64,000 bases of DNA from an uncultured cyanobacterium (GCA_963740315.1 CAVUDP010000001.1:512001-576000); one strand, 5' to 3'. Positions 52,924 through 63,725 are shown, counted from the stretch's first letter. Notes: generated by a model from the letters alone, not told the origin. Numbers and translations: made by a program.

Positions 52924-55900
52924 TTAATCCAAAGGTACATTACTTGCTACAGCTAAGGCTCCTGCGATCGCAGAGAATAAACCGGAGACAACTGCTGTTC
53001 CAAATAACCACCAAGCTGCTGATGCTGCTGCTTTACGGGTTTCTTCGGCTTGTTTTTGGGCTTGGTGTTTAACTTCTTCTAAGCGTCGCTGTGCTTCTTC
53101 TTGAATTCTTTCGGCTCTTCTTAATACGGTATTACGCGCATTCTCGATTTGATCGATGACTTTGTTCGCATCATGTTCGGAAATATCATCGCGAGAACTC
53201 ATCAGTGCTACATAGGTTTCCCGATTGAAAGATGATAACCTACCGCGTAATGCATCAAATCCGGCTTGGGGATCGTGAAACAGTTCGCGAACATCGCGCT
53301 TGATGCCATCGTAGTTGAGTTCGGGACGTTCCAGCCCGTTTAAATAATTGCGGATATTGTCGAATACTCCATCTATTGTATCTTGAATCCGCCGCTCAAT
53401 ACCTCTTACTTGAGCCACAAATTGCTCGCGTACTGACATGATGCTATCGGCAATTTGCTCTGCTTCCTGGTTGCTCATATCTCCGCGAATTTTCAGTAAA
53501 GCGGCGATTGTAGAACGATCGAAGTGAGAAAGGCGATCGCCTAAGCTATCGATTCCGACTCGCGGATCGTTTAACAACAGATTTAGGTCGCGCTTGATAC
53601 CTTCTGGATTGAGTTCTTGTTTGCCAGTTCCCCGGAGGTATTCTTCTAAATATGTTTGGAAGCCTTGCGCTCTTTCTTGAGTACGTGTAATCATGCGTCG
53701 GGGCGCACGGATGACTTGACGAATTGAAGATTGTACCGAGTCGATGACTTGGTTAACTTCATCTTCGCTCATGTCTCGTCGCTGGCTCAGTAGTTTTACT
53801 AAGGTGTCTCTATCAACTTGCGACAATCTGCGACGTAATGCAACGGCACCTTCTTGGGGATTCTCAAACAGTTTATTAATGTCGCGTTGAATACCATCGG
53901 GATTAAGTTCCGATTTACCAGTATTCCGTAAATAATCTGCAATTGTGGTGGTTACGTTATCGTACTCGGCTTGAGCTTTATCTACAATCTTGCCCGGTGC
54001 GTGACGAACGCTATTCCAAGAATGTTCTACGCTATCAACGGTTTCATTAATTTGGTCTTCACTCAAATCTTGGCGTTGATTGAGCAACTGTACCAAAGTA
54101 TCCCGGTCAAAACGCGACAACCGCGACCGAATTGCTGACATTCCGGCTTGGGGATCTTGTAATAAAGTTTTCAACTCACCGCGAATTGCATCGGGGTTGA
54201 GTTCGCCTTTACCCGTGTTACGCAGATATGATTCTAAATTCAACCACAGGCTTTCTGCTTGATACTTGGCTTGATCTGCAAGTCCTTTGGACTCAACTAA
54301 AGCTTCGTCGCGCTGCTTTTCTAATTCATCGAGAATCGGGTCAATTTCTCCGGAGGAAATATCGTTGCGCTGTGCCAGTATCGAACGCATTTGTCCCCGT
54401 TCAAATCGAGACAAGCGCATGGCTAAGGTTTCGTAATCTGCATCTCCATCTTCCACAATCGGTTTGAAATCTTGCTTGATTCCTTCAGCATTCAAGCTTG
54501 ACTTGGGAGTTACTAACAGATAACTTTCTACCCGACGCTGCAAATCTTCAACTATTTCTTTTTCTTCATCAGCCCTTGCCTGTACCAAGACAGCTTTACG
54601 AACCATTTCCAAGCGATCGGCGATTTGCTTGATCTCCGTTTGAGTTAGTAAACCCCGCTGTTTGAGAATGCTGACAAAATCGCTGCGATCGAGCTTTTCT
54701 AACTCACGACGTACCGTACCGGGATCTGCTGCGGGATCGTAAATTACGTCGCGAAATTCCTGCTCAACTTTCTCGTTGCTAAGCTGCCAAGCATAGGTAT
54801 TATGCAGATAATTTTCCACATCGGCGCGAATCGTACTAAAAGACTGCGATGCTGTGGGAAGTCCTATCTTATCTGCTTGTTCGGTGGCTTTATCTTTAGC
54901 GCTGGTAATGGTGCTAAGAATTTTTTCCACATCCAAGTCGGAAAGATCGGCCCTTCCCATGACTACACCACCCAGAGTTGTCAAAGCTTGCTGTATCGTT
55001 TCCTGAACTGGACCACCGGCTGATTGTTGTGATGATTGTCCTGCATTCCCACTTTGCTTTTGGGAACGCATTTCGCTCATAGCTCGATCTAACTTAGCTT
55101 CGAGTTCATCAGTTTTGCTTTGTCCCGGTGCAACTGATTTGAGATAGCTAACCAACTCACCCAAACCGTTTCCACCGCCACCCGAACTACCTTGAGATGA
55201 GCCTACCGTCTGCTTCCAAACATCATATAAAGTATCGGCAATGCGTTTAACTTCTTTTTTGGAAAGGTCAGTACGACTGCTAACTAATTCTACAAACTTT
55301 TGTTTATCAATATTACGCAGTTCTGCCGCACCTGCAACCGACTGAAGTGATGCATCTGAAAGTAGATTTTCAAATTCTTTACGTATAGACTGCACGTCCA
55401 ATTCTTTAGGACGTACCGTATCCAAGTAATCTTCTAAATTTTCCTTGATGCTTTCGGGATCGATCGCATTACCGATTTCGTTACGTACAGCCGAGGCTGC
55501 GGCTTCTGCTGTGGCTACAACTTGTCTGTTGACGGCTTTTGCTCCTAAAGCAGCGGTAGCCGTTCCCATAATTGTCTGCAATCCAGAAGTTGCCGCGTTA
55601 ACAACATTACCAATTAAAGAACCTACCGTTGTCGAACTTACCCACACCAGCAGACAAAAGTACGCTGCCCAAATTACCAAACCTAAAATCGCGCCCACGC
55701 CTAAATCTAAAGACAGCAAGCTGAGTTTTACCGCTAGGAAACAAGCAACAAAAAGGGAAAGTGTGACTGAAATCAGCGTACCTAAGCCGACAGCAGTACC
55801 AATTTTACTAATCGTACTACCTAAACTTTCACTATCGTCATTATTATGACTTGAACTTGAACCCGAATCCGAATTGGATGAGCTACCCAAAAAAGAGATA

Positions 55901-56112
55901 CCCGCAGCCACCGCAAGATTTGTTAATACCAACTGAATGGCAAAAGCTAGGATAATACCGGAAATCAAAGCGATAAAAAACTTCGGTCCGGAAAAAGCAA
56001 CGGAAGCATCTGCTGGCGTTATGGGTTGCGGTGGTTCTACTAAAATCGGAGCCTGAGCTATCCAAGTCATAGACTTAGATAGCAAAAGCGTTATGTACGT
56101 ACTTTCAATCAT
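52924..56112 (-). CDS. Large membrane-anchored helical-repeat protein of unknown function
   Basis: N-terminal TMs, repeated YLRNTGK.ELNP.GI..D...L..DP..G...L..RLS.FDR.T units, C-terminal AAWWLF TM. Confidence 0.85.
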   Translation of the reverse strand: MIESTYITLLLSKSMTWIAQAPILVEPPQPITPADASVAFSGPKFFIALISGIILAFAIQLVLTNLAVAAGISFLGSSSNSDSGSSSSHNNDDSESLGSTISKIGTAVGLGTLISVTLSLFVACFLAVKLSLLSLDLGVGAILGLVIWAAYFCLLVWVSSTTVGSLIGNVVNAATSGLQTIMGTATAALGAKAVNRQVVATAEAAASAVRNEIGNAIDPESIKENLEDYLDTVRPKELDVQSIRKEFENLLSDASLQSVAGAAELRNIDKQKFVELVSSRTDLSKKEVKRIADTLYDVWKQTVGSSQGSSGGGGNGLGELVSYLKSVAPGQSKTDELEAKLDRAMSEMRSQKQSGNAGQSSQQSAGGPVQETIQQALTTLGGVVMGRADLSDLDVEKILSTITSAKDKATEQADKIGLPTASQSFSTIRADVENYLHNTYAWQLSNEKVEQEFRDVIYDPAADPGTVRRELEKLDRSDFVSILKQRGLLTQTEIKQIADRLEMVRKAVLVQARADEEKEIVEDLQRRVESYLLVTPKSSLNAEGIKQDFKPIVEDGDADYETLAMRLSRFERGQMRSILAQRNDISSGEIDPILDELEKQRDEALVESKGLADQAKYQAESLWLNLESYLRNTGKGELNPDAIRGELKTLLQDPQAGMSAIRSRLSRFDRDTLVQLLNQRQDLSEDQINETVDSVEHSWNSVRHAPGKIVDKAQAEYDNVTTTIADYLRNTGKSELNPDGIQRDINKLFENPQEGAVALRRRLSQVDRDTLVKLLSQRRDMSEDEVNQVIDSVQSSIRQVIRAPRRMITRTQERAQGFQTYLEEYLRGTGKQELNPEGIKRDLNLLLNDPRVGIDSLGDRLSHFDRSTIAALLKIRGDMSNQEAEQIADSIMSVREQFVAQVRGIERRIQDTIDGVFDNIRNYLNGLERPELNYDGIKRDVRELFHDPQAGFDALRGRLSSFNRETYVALMSSRDDISEHDANKVIDQIENARNTVLRRAERIQEEAQRRLEEVKHQAQKQAEETRKAAASAAWWLFGTAVVSGLFSAIAGALAVASNVPLD

Positions 56113-56638
56113 CCTAATAACTTCCTCTAGGTTAACTTTTGGTGTGGGGAGAACAAAAACTTAAAATAATGCAAAAAGCAAAAATTGACTTTGTTTATTC
56201 ATGCAATACCCGTCTCTTGAGCTTAGAATCCAGCAATATAGTCCTTCAAAGCATCCCTCTCAAGTGAGAAAAATCCCTTCAACTGCCTCCAGCGTTAGAT
56301 AGAAGTTTTTCGATAATGCTTTATTACCTGTAATTAAATAAGCAGCAAACTTTCTAGGTTCTACTTAAATACTTACTATTTTAAACTTGCGAAAGCTATG
56401 GTACGACTTGTTTGCATTTTATTTTTAACAATATTTAAGTGGCAATATTAATATCATTTGTTAAGCATCAAGTCACATTTTCTTAACATATGTTCATAAT
56501 TAAACTTTTTATCACCCTCTTTAGGTAGATTTATCAGGGTAAAGAAATGTAACGAGTTTGTGCCTTTAGGAAGAAACAGGTTTTTCTGTGAATCGTTACA
56601 TTAGAAACAAGAAACAAATACAACCGCAATTATTAATT

Positions 56639-56842
56639 ATGCAATCTCCAACAAAAACCGATTTACCACCAGTAGCACCTGCATACAACGGCAAAGACCG
56701 CAACGCTTTTCTTTTTGGCTTCAATCCTCAAGCTGAACTATGGAACGGACGTTTAGCAATGATTGGTTTTGTAGCTTACCTAGCATGGGATTTGGCTGGA
56801 TATAGTGTAGTTCGCGATATCCTCCACCTTGTTAAATACTAA
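56639..56842 (+). CDS. hli: High-light-inducible (CAB/ELIP/HLIP) protein
   Basis: AELWNGRLAMIGF chlorophyll-binding motif. Confidence 0.93.
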   Translation: MQSPTKTDLPPVAPAYNGKDRNAFLFGFNPQAELWNGRLAMIGFVAYLAWDLAGYSVVRDILHLVKY

Positions 56843-56924
56843 TATTTAATTTATAGCAAGAGATAAGAATAAATAAATGTAGAGACTTTGCGATCGCGAA
56901 GTCTCTTTTAATTTGTGTACTTAA

Positions 56925-57040
56925 TAGACATCTCCGGTTAGGAAAAAGACCTCTCTCCAAACCTCTGTGGGCATCGGAGTTGCGGCTTAATTTTCCCCCT
57001 TCCCGCTTTTAGGAAGGGGGGTAGGGGGGTTAGGTTTCTT
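56925..57040. mobile_element. Truncated copy of MITE family D
   Basis: TAGACATCTCC left end and internal sequence match 63544-63725; right end missing. Confidence 0.6.
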
Positions 57041-57115
57041 TGTAAATACAAATACAAAAAATTTATTGGCTGTAGTTTTATTAACAGTTATCTGAGAAAA
57101 TATAGAAAATGGTTT

Positions 57116-57832
57116 TCAATCCCCTACCGCAACTGTAGGTATATCAGCTTCAGCAGGATTTTTAGCCAACTTACCATCTTCCATATATATAATGCGATCG
57201 GCTATATCCAAAATCCGATTATCATGCGTTACCAACAAAATCGTACAGCCTTGTTCCTTCGCCAAGCCTTGCATTAAATTCACCACATCTCGACCAGATT
57301 TTTTATCAAGCGCCGCAGTTGGTTCATCTGCCAATACAATCTTGGGATGATCCACCAAAGCTCTGGCGATCGCTACTCTTTGTTTTTGCCCACCAGATAA
57401 ATCATCTGGGTAATAACCGATCCGATTTCCCAAACCAACTAAATCGAGCATATCAACCGAACGGGTATGCATTTCTTTAGGTGAAATATTTCCATGTACT
57501 TCCAAACCCATTCGGACATTCTGTACTGCCGTCAAACTTTCATGTAAATTATGTGCCTGAAAAATATAACCGTTATTGCGTCGCGCTCGTACTAATTGTT
57601 TAGGTTTAGCACCACAAAGTTCTTTTCCCAACACCTGCAAACTCCCCTCCTGAGCCGATCGCAACCCACCAATCAAAGTAAGCAGCGTAGTTTTACCAGA
57701 ACCAGAAGGACCAGTCATAATAATAATATCACCAGCATTTATTTCTAAACTAATATCAAATAATACCTGTTTACGAAGTTGACCTTTTCCGAAAAAATGA
57801 TTGAGATTGCGGACAGAAATAACGGAATTCAT
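57116..57832 (-). CDS. devA: DevA-family ABC exporter ATPase
   Basis: GPSGSGKT, LSGGQKQRVAIARAL, LADEPT. Confidence 0.9.
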   Translation of the reverse strand: MNSVISVRNLNHFFGKGQLRKQVLFDISLEINAGDIIIMTGPSGSGKTTLLTLIGGLRSAQEGSLQVLGKELCGAKPKQLVRARRNNGYIFQAHNLHESLTAVQNVRMGLEVHGNISPKEMHTRSVDMLDLVGLGNRIGYYPDDLSGGQKQRVAIARALVDHPKIVLADEPTAALDKKSGRDVVNLMQGLAKEQGCTILLVTHDNRILDIADRIIYMEDGKLAKNPAEADIPTVAVGD

Positions 57833-57912
57833 TTATTAGTTGTTAGTTGATAGTTGTTAGTTGTTAGTTGCTAATAATTAACTGATTACTGCTCACTGTT
57901 CACTGTTCACTG

Positions 57913-59094
57913 TTAAAACATATCTGCTGGATCTGCGGATTGAACTTTGCGAGTAGCTACAGCACCGGAAATAACACACATAATAATAGTCATTACCTGT
58001 ACTTGAATTACTCGCGCTACGGTCATGTAAAGCGGTAAGTTGGTTGCATTGCGGGTAAGTGCGTAAAGTCCGGTTGAAATTGCAGCCCCAGGAATAAAAC
58101 CTAATATAGCTAGAATTATCGCTTCTTCAAAAACTACGCTTAATAAAAAGAAGTTTTTATATCCCATCGCTTTAAAAGTAGCGTATTCTTTTATATGAGC
58201 GTTAACATCGGTGGAAAGTACTTGATAAACAATAATTATTCCCACGATGAAACCCATCATTGCACCTAAACTGAAAATAAATCCGATGGGAGTATTGGTT
58301 TGCCAGTAAGCTTTTTCAAACTCAATAAATTCTTCTTTAGTTAATACTTTAATATCGTCAGCATTTCTTAAATGATATTTTAATTGCTCTGCAACTTTTT
58401 CGGGTTCGTAACCTGGTTTTAAACGAATTAAACCTAAATTTGTGCTTCCCGAATCTTGTCCGGGAAATAGTCTTAAAAAGTTTTGATCGCTGGTCATTAA
58501 AGTACCATCGGCGGCAAAAGAAGCTCCGACTTTAAACACATCAGCAATAGTCATTGTTCGTCCTTTGACTTCTGTTGTGACAGTTTGACCTTGCTTAATT
58601 TGAGCAATTACTTTGTCATATGTTCCTCTAGTTGCTTCGTCAAATAAAATGGTATCTGGTAACTTAATTGCATCAATCTTTTGATTAACTTCTGGTAAAT
58701 CAAACGCTGGTTTATCGGGATTAAATCCGATAATCATTACTTGTGTCTTCAGACGAGTTTGGGGATTTCTCCAAGTCACAAGACTGTTATACATTGGTTC
58801 TGCCGTTGCGACTCCGGGTACATCCATTGCTTGATATAGTCGCCGTCGAGTAAAGGTAGACAAATCTTGTAAGTTAAGTGCTTGCGGACTCATCAGTACT
58901 AAATCTGCCCTCAAACTATCATGCAAACGAGTAGCGCTATTAAATAATGCACTTTGAAAACCAAGCTGCATCAACATCAATAAATCTGCAAAAGCAACAC
59001 CCGATAGCGCTACTAATAAACGTCCTTTTTGACGAGTTAATTGTAACCAACCTAAAGGAGTTCGTCGTTGTAATTGTTGGATAAATCCAATCAT
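57913..59094 (-). CDS. devC: DevC-family ABC exporter permease
   Basis: RTPLGWLQL, FADLLMLMQLGF, EYATFKAMGY, ADPADMF. Confidence 0.9.
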   Translation of the reverse strand: MIGFIQQLQRRTPLGWLQLTRQKGRLLVALSGVAFADLLMLMQLGFQSALFNSATRLHDSLRADLVLMSPQALNLQDLSTFTRRRLYQAMDVPGVATAEPMYNSLVTWRNPQTRLKTQVMIIGFNPDKPAFDLPEVNQKIDAIKLPDTILFDEATRGTYDKVIAQIKQGQTVTTEVKGRTMTIADVFKVGASFAADGTLMTSDQNFLRLFPGQDSGSTNLGLIRLKPGYEPEKVAEQLKYHLRNADDIKVLTKEEFIEFEKAYWQTNTPIGFIFSLGAMMGFIVGIIIVYQVLSTDVNAHIKEYATFKAMGYKNFFLLSVVFEEAIILAILGFIPGAAISTGLYALTRNATNLPLYMTVARVIQVQVMTIIMCVISGAVATRKVQSADPADMF

Positions 59095-59201
59095 AATAAT
59101 TTTAGATTTTAGATTTTAGATTTTGGATTCAAATATTTATTAACAAATGGGAATAGGGCATTATAAAGAGTTAGGACCACCGGAGTTAGGACTACCGGAG
59201 T

Positions 59202-59299
59202 TTTAACCTTTAACCTTTAACCTTTAACCTTTAACCTTTAACCTTTAACCTTTAACCTTTAACCTTTAACTTTTAACCTTTAACCTTTAACCTTTAACC
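59202..59299. repeat. STRR (TTTAACC) x14
   Basis: Fourteen 7-nt units (one variant) between devB and devC. Confidence 0.95.
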
Positions 59300-60718
59300 T
59301 TATATTTCAACAACTGCTCTTACTTGTAAATTAGTAAATCTCGCTGCTTTTTCGCTGGATTCATCGTCTAATCGCACGTGAACTTCTATGACTCTTGAAT
59401 CTATATTTGTTGATGGATCGCTATTAACTACATTTTGCCGCAATACCTGCAAGCCAATTCGATCCACAATACCCTTCAATTTACCCGGTACTGCATCAGC
59501 TAAAAGTTCTACTTCTTGTCCCAAACGTATTTTGTTAACGTCGCTTTGGTAAACTTCTACTACTGCGTACATAGTGCTAGTTTGACCAATCTCGACTATT
59601 CCTTTGTTGGAAACTTTTTCCCCAGGACGAGTATTAATGTCAAATATTTGACCGCTTTGAGGGGAACGCACGTAAGCTTGTTTTAAGTTTGCTTCTGCCC
59701 GATTCATTGCTGCTACAGCACGGTTGACTTCTGCTTGAGCAACTAATACATCTACGGGACGAACTTCTGTAACGCTTTCTAATGTTGCTTTACCTTGATT
59801 TATCTGTTGTTCTAAAGATGATTGAATCCGCTCTAAATTAGCTTTTGCTTCTGCTACTTGCTGCTCTTTAGATGATTGAATGCGTTCTAAATTCGCTTGT
59901 GCTTCTGCTACTTGCTGTTCTTTAGAAGCTTTAATCAGCTGTAGATTTGCTCTAGCTTCCGTTAACTGCTCTTTTGCTGTTTGTAAAACTAGATTCTTGG
60001 TATCCTTTAAAGATGCTGAAATAGCTCCTGCTTTATACAATCCTTGATAACGCTGATTTTCTAAGCGAGCATTTTCTAACTGTGCCTCTAAACGAGCAAT
60101 AGTTGCTCTTTGCGCTTCTATTTCTCTAGCTCTTTCAGCTTGCAAACGAGCCACTGCTGCAAGTTGAGCTTTAGTTTCAGTACTTTTTTCAACTTGTAAT
60201 CGATTGACGGCTGCTTGTTGAGCTTTAATTTCGGTGGTTTTTTCCGCCTGTAAACGAGCAACACCAGCTTTTTGTGCGTCGATGTCTCCTGTTTTTGCGC
60301 CTGCTTTTACCTTCTTCAGATTTGCCTGAGCGACTCTTACGTTTTCTTTCGCTTCTTTCAAAGCAGCCATCAAGCGATCGCGACTATCTAAAATCGCTAT
60401 TACCTGATCTGTTTGTACTTTGTCTCCTTCCCTTACCAGCAGCTGCTCAACTCGACTTCCTTCTGCTCCCATCGCCGGAGCAGATAGCTGAATTACTTCT
60501 CCTTTGGGTTCGAGTCTTCCCAGTGCTGTCACCGTTTCTATCTGTGGAATTGCTGGAATTGGTGTTTGCGGTTTTTGTGCTACCTCTCCACCTTTAAACT
60601 TTTGCAGCGTGTAAATACTGGCTCCACCCATCGCAAAAGCCGCTACCGTCACTATTAACCGCGACGAGCGAGAAACTTCTGGAGACTGTGAGTTGTCTAA
60701 TCGAAGGTCATCTAACAT
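59300..60718 (-). CDS. devB: DevB-family membrane fusion protein
   Basis: TVTALGRLEP.GEVI, long coiled coil, EVYQSD, FTNLQV. Confidence 0.9.
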   Translation of the reverse strand: MLDDLRLDNSQSPEVSRSSRLIVTVAAFAMGGASIYTLQKFKGGEVAQKPQTPIPAIPQIETVTALGRLEPKGEVIQLSAPAMGAEGSRVEQLLVREGDKVQTDQVIAILDSRDRLMAALKEAKENVRVAQANLKKVKAGAKTGDIDAQKAGVARLQAEKTTEIKAQQAAVNRLQVEKSTETKAQLAAVARLQAERAREIEAQRATIARLEAQLENARLENQRYQGLYKAGAISASLKDTKNLVLQTAKEQLTEARANLQLIKASKEQQVAEAQANLERIQSSKEQQVAEAKANLERIQSSLEQQINQGKATLESVTEVRPVDVLVAQAEVNRAVAAMNRAEANLKQAYVRSPQSGQIFDINTRPGEKVSNKGIVEIGQTSTMYAVVEVYQSDVNKIRLGQEVELLADAVPGKLKGIVDRIGLQVLRQNVVNSDPSTNIDSRVIEVHVRLDDESSEKAARFTNLQVRAVVEI

Positions 60719-60769
60719 GGCATCCCAAGAAATACTGAATTTTTATTATTTCTTATTTATAATACAATT

Positions 60770-60793
60770 AAACTAAACCGACTAGTTTAGTTT
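60770..60793. promoter_or_regulatory. Candidate TetR operator AAACTAAAC-N6-GTTTAGTTT
   Basis: Perfect 9-bp inverted repeat ~50 bp upstream of devB in the divergent devB/tetR region. Confidence 0.65.
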
Positions 60794-61028
60794 AGTTTTG
60801 CTTCTGATAGGTTTCACGGATGCACGAACAGGTAAGTATAAACTTAGTCTATTTTTGACAGCAAATCTATAACGGTTTTATGCGGAAAATATACATATTT
60901 TTAGTAAATAGAGAAACTATAGAAAATAATATTTTATGTTAGGTATGTATGCCTACTTTGTATAATTTTCCGTTCCGTTTGTTTTTACTTTATCCCCATG
61001 CGATCGCTCAACTAAAAATAAGTCAAAA

Positions 61029-61646
61029 ATGAAACTATTGAAACTTAGCGAAACTCACACCGAAAATTCAAAAGACAAAGTAGAGCAAATCCTACAAGGA
61101 GCGATGCAGGAATTTTTGGTGCATGGCTACGCTGGTACGAGCATGGATAAAGTAGCAGCGTCGGGAGGTGTTTCAAAAGCAACTGTCTACAGCTACTTTC
61201 AAGATAAACAAGGACTTTTTAAAGCGCTGGTAGAAAGATTAGCAAAAGAAAGATTTCAATCAGTTTTTGGAACTGAGGATTTAGTTGGAGAACCAAAAGT
61301 TGTACTGCACGAGCTAGTAGTTAAAGCATTAAATGAGATGCTCCTCGATGACGAGTATATGGCATTTATGCGGGTATTAATTGGAGAATCGGGGCGTTTT
61401 CCAGAAATGGCTCAATTTTGTGTTGCCAGCTTAGTAAAACCTGCTATAGATACTCTTCACCATTATTTATCATCTCATCCCGAACTAAATATATCCGATC
61501 CAGAAGCTACAGCAAGAATTATCATAGGTTCGCTAGTTCACTTTGTAATGACTCAGAAAATGATGCACGGTGCGGATATTTTACCAATGGAAAGTCATCG
61601 TTTAACAGATAGTTTGACAGATTTATTGTTAGGAATTAGGAGTTAG
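61029..61646 (+). CDS. TetR/AcrR-family regulator
   Basis: ILQGA..EFL.HGYAGTSMDKVA...GVSKATVYSYFQDK. Confidence 0.93.
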   Translation: MKLLKLSETHTENSKDKVEQILQGAMQEFLVHGYAGTSMDKVAASGGVSKATVYSYFQDKQGLFKALVERLAKERFQSVFGTEDLVGEPKVVLHELVVKALNEMLLDDEYMAFMRVLIGESGRFPEMAQFCVASLVKPAIDTLHHYLSSHPELNISDPEATARIIIGSLVHFVMTQKMMHGADILPMESHRLTDSLTDLLLGIRS

Positions 61647-61681
61647 GAATTAGGAGTTAAGAGTTAAGAGTTAGGAGTAAT

Positions 61682-62374
61682 TTAACCTTTAACCTTTAAA
61701 CTTGTTTCTATTTCTGTTCTTAGATTATTTCGTGCAATTTTCTCTTTTGTCTGCTGCATTAATGGAGTAAAGTAAATATTTTCCCGTTGTAAGAAATTTT
61801 GTAATATTCGTGTTCTAGCTGCAAAGTATTCTGCTTCCGGTACCCAGATGTATTCTTGACGAATTGCCTGAGTATATTTACTGTATTTATCGGGATTGCT
61901 GCCTAGTATTGCTAAATCTGCATCTAATAATACTTGAGCGTTGCGATAAGCCGGAGGCTTGACGCTCCGCGTAACGCTAGTTTTAACTTGATGATTTTTG
62001 GTTGTTAGAATCAAGCGTTTAACGTTTTTAATCACATCAGACGGAATTGATAACGACGAAAGAACGGATACAGCGTATTCAGCGCTTTTTTCTTCGTTAT
62101 CTTTTGAAGAGGTATCGTAAACTATGTCATGAAACCAAGCAGCAAGTTTAACAGTTTTGGGTTCAGAATTTTGAGTTTGAGATTCTAATATTTGAATTAC
62201 TTCTAAAACGCGATCGATGTGTTCTAAAGTATGATAGTAGCGATTTGGACTTGAGTAACTTTCAACTATTTGAGTAAAAGTTTTTTCCGCCGCAGCTTGG
62301 TTAATATCAAAACTTTGCAGTAATTGCCGCCAATCCTGGAATAATTTATCTGTAATTTCATAGGAATTGGGCAT
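61682..62374 (-). CDS. HD-superfamily metal-dependent phosphohydrolase with a 9-aa mobile insertion
   Basis: RYYHTLEHI, AAWFHDIVY, DNEEKSA, LDADLAILG, IRQEY. Confidence 0.88.
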   Translation of the reverse strand: MPNSYEITDKLFQDWRQLLQSFDINQAAAEKTFTQIVESYSSPNRYYHTLEHIDRVLEVIQILESQTQNSEPKTVKLAAWFHDIVYDTSSKDNEEKSAEYAVSVLSSLSIPSDVIKNVKRLILTTKNHQVKTSVTRSVKPPAYRNAQVLLDADLAILGSNPDKYSKYTQAIRQEYIWVPEAEYFAARTRILQNFLQRENIYFTPLMQQTKEKIARNNLRTEIETSLKVKG

Positions 62375-62480
62375 AACATATAAGAATCTAGATGATTTGC
62401 ATAGCTTTACGAAGCATTACGACATTCTTAATAATTAACTTTAACATGCAGACCTTTAACATGCAGACCTTTAACCTGAT

Positions 62481-63089
62481 TTAATTAGGTTGAAACATAA
62501 ACCAGTTTTTGACGTTTTCTAATTCTACTGTATTAGAAACACCATAACCAAAACGTTGATAATAGGCGACATTTTCTTGTGTTTGAGTATCAAGAGCAAC
62601 ACCGTGAGAATCGGGATTTTGTTCTGACATTTGATGTACTTGTGAAAGAATTGCGCTACCAATCCCTTTTCTTTGACTTTGCGGATGTACACCGAGAGCG
62701 TTGATGTAGAAATGAGGAGAAGAGGGTTTATTTGCCTTTTTTAAATTAGAATACGCTTCGATTCGCATCAGAGCTTCTTCTCCAATTGCCATTGCAAATT
62801 CTTCTTCTGAAGATGTTGGTGTACTTTCAACATCGTTATTCTTTTGTTTTTGCGGGGGAGTTATAAAAGCAACTCCTTGCAATTTTCCTTCAATAAAAGC
62901 ACCTAGAAGCAAATTATCAACAATAGATTCTTCATCGCACATTGATTTTAACAAGTGTTTCATCGATTGATTATATGCATTGCCAAAGAAGTATTGCATG
63001 AGTGGATAGTTTTCAAAGGTATTGAAAAATATTTCAATAATATTTTCTGTATGTTTTGTATTTAAACGAGCGATTTGGATGTTAGACAT
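62481..63089 (-). CDS. GNAT N-acetyltransferase
   Basis: FYINALGVHPQSQRKGIGS, NVAYYQRFGY. Confidence 0.88.
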   Translation of the reverse strand: MSNIQIARLNTKHTENIIEIFFNTFENYPLMQYFFGNAYNQSMKHLLKSMCDEESIVDNLLLGAFIEGKLQGVAFITPPQKQKNNDVESTPTSSEEEFAMAIGEEALMRIEAYSNLKKANKPSSPHFYINALGVHPQSQRKGIGSAILSQVHQMSEQNPDSHGVALDTQTQENVAYYQRFGYGVSNTVELENVKNWFMFQPN

Positions 63090-63543
63090 TTTTTTGAGTA
63101 ATGATATTAGATTAGATTAAATACTTGTTATTAATAGGACTTAGCAAAAAGGCACATTTTTATTGTAGGGTGTGTGACGCCGCCTCGAAAATTTGAACGT
63201 AGCAATAAGGTTTGTAGCGTCACGCACCATCAACCATTTGTGACGATATCGTAAGTCTTATAAATATTAGATTTTATAGTAGTTCCAATTATTTTTGGTA
63301 GTGCGAGCATCTTGCTCGCTAGTTATAACGTAATCAGCAAGATGCAATGTAATCAGCAAGATGCAATGTAATCAGCAAGATGCAACGTAAAAAGAAACCC
63401 GGTAAAAGTCGTGAAAACGTGAATATCTCGTTGTGAAATCACAAAGAAACCGGGTTTCTGAAACTGGTGCAAGATTTGCGTTACGGCATGATTAAATCAG
63501 TAATGTTAAAGAATATATAGTCGTGCCGCAGGACACCCTACAA

Positions 63544-63725
63544 TAGACATCTCCAGAAATGAAAAAGACCTCTCTCCAAACCTCTCTCCTACGACGAGAG
63601 AGGCTTAAGTTTCCCCCTTCCCATGACCTAAGAGGTCACGCTACGCCCTCCGTAGGGAAGGGGGGTAGGGGGTTAGGTTTTTGCGTAAAGAAGGAAACCA
63701 CATAAATTTTTTCCGGAGATGTCTA
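63544..63725. mobile_element. MITE family D (TAGACATCTCC...GGAGATGTCTA)
   Basis: 11-bp perfect terminal IR including TA ends; internal hairpins CCTCTCTC/GAGAGAGG and CCCCCTTCCC/GGGAAGGGGG. Confidence 0.7.

Noticed and set aside
63330..63386. Three 19-nt tandem repeats (GTAATCAGCAAGATGCAAT) as iterons or a mini-CRISPR
   Set aside because: There are no spacers or rep gene; it appears to be a local duplication of one arm of a palindromic repeat element
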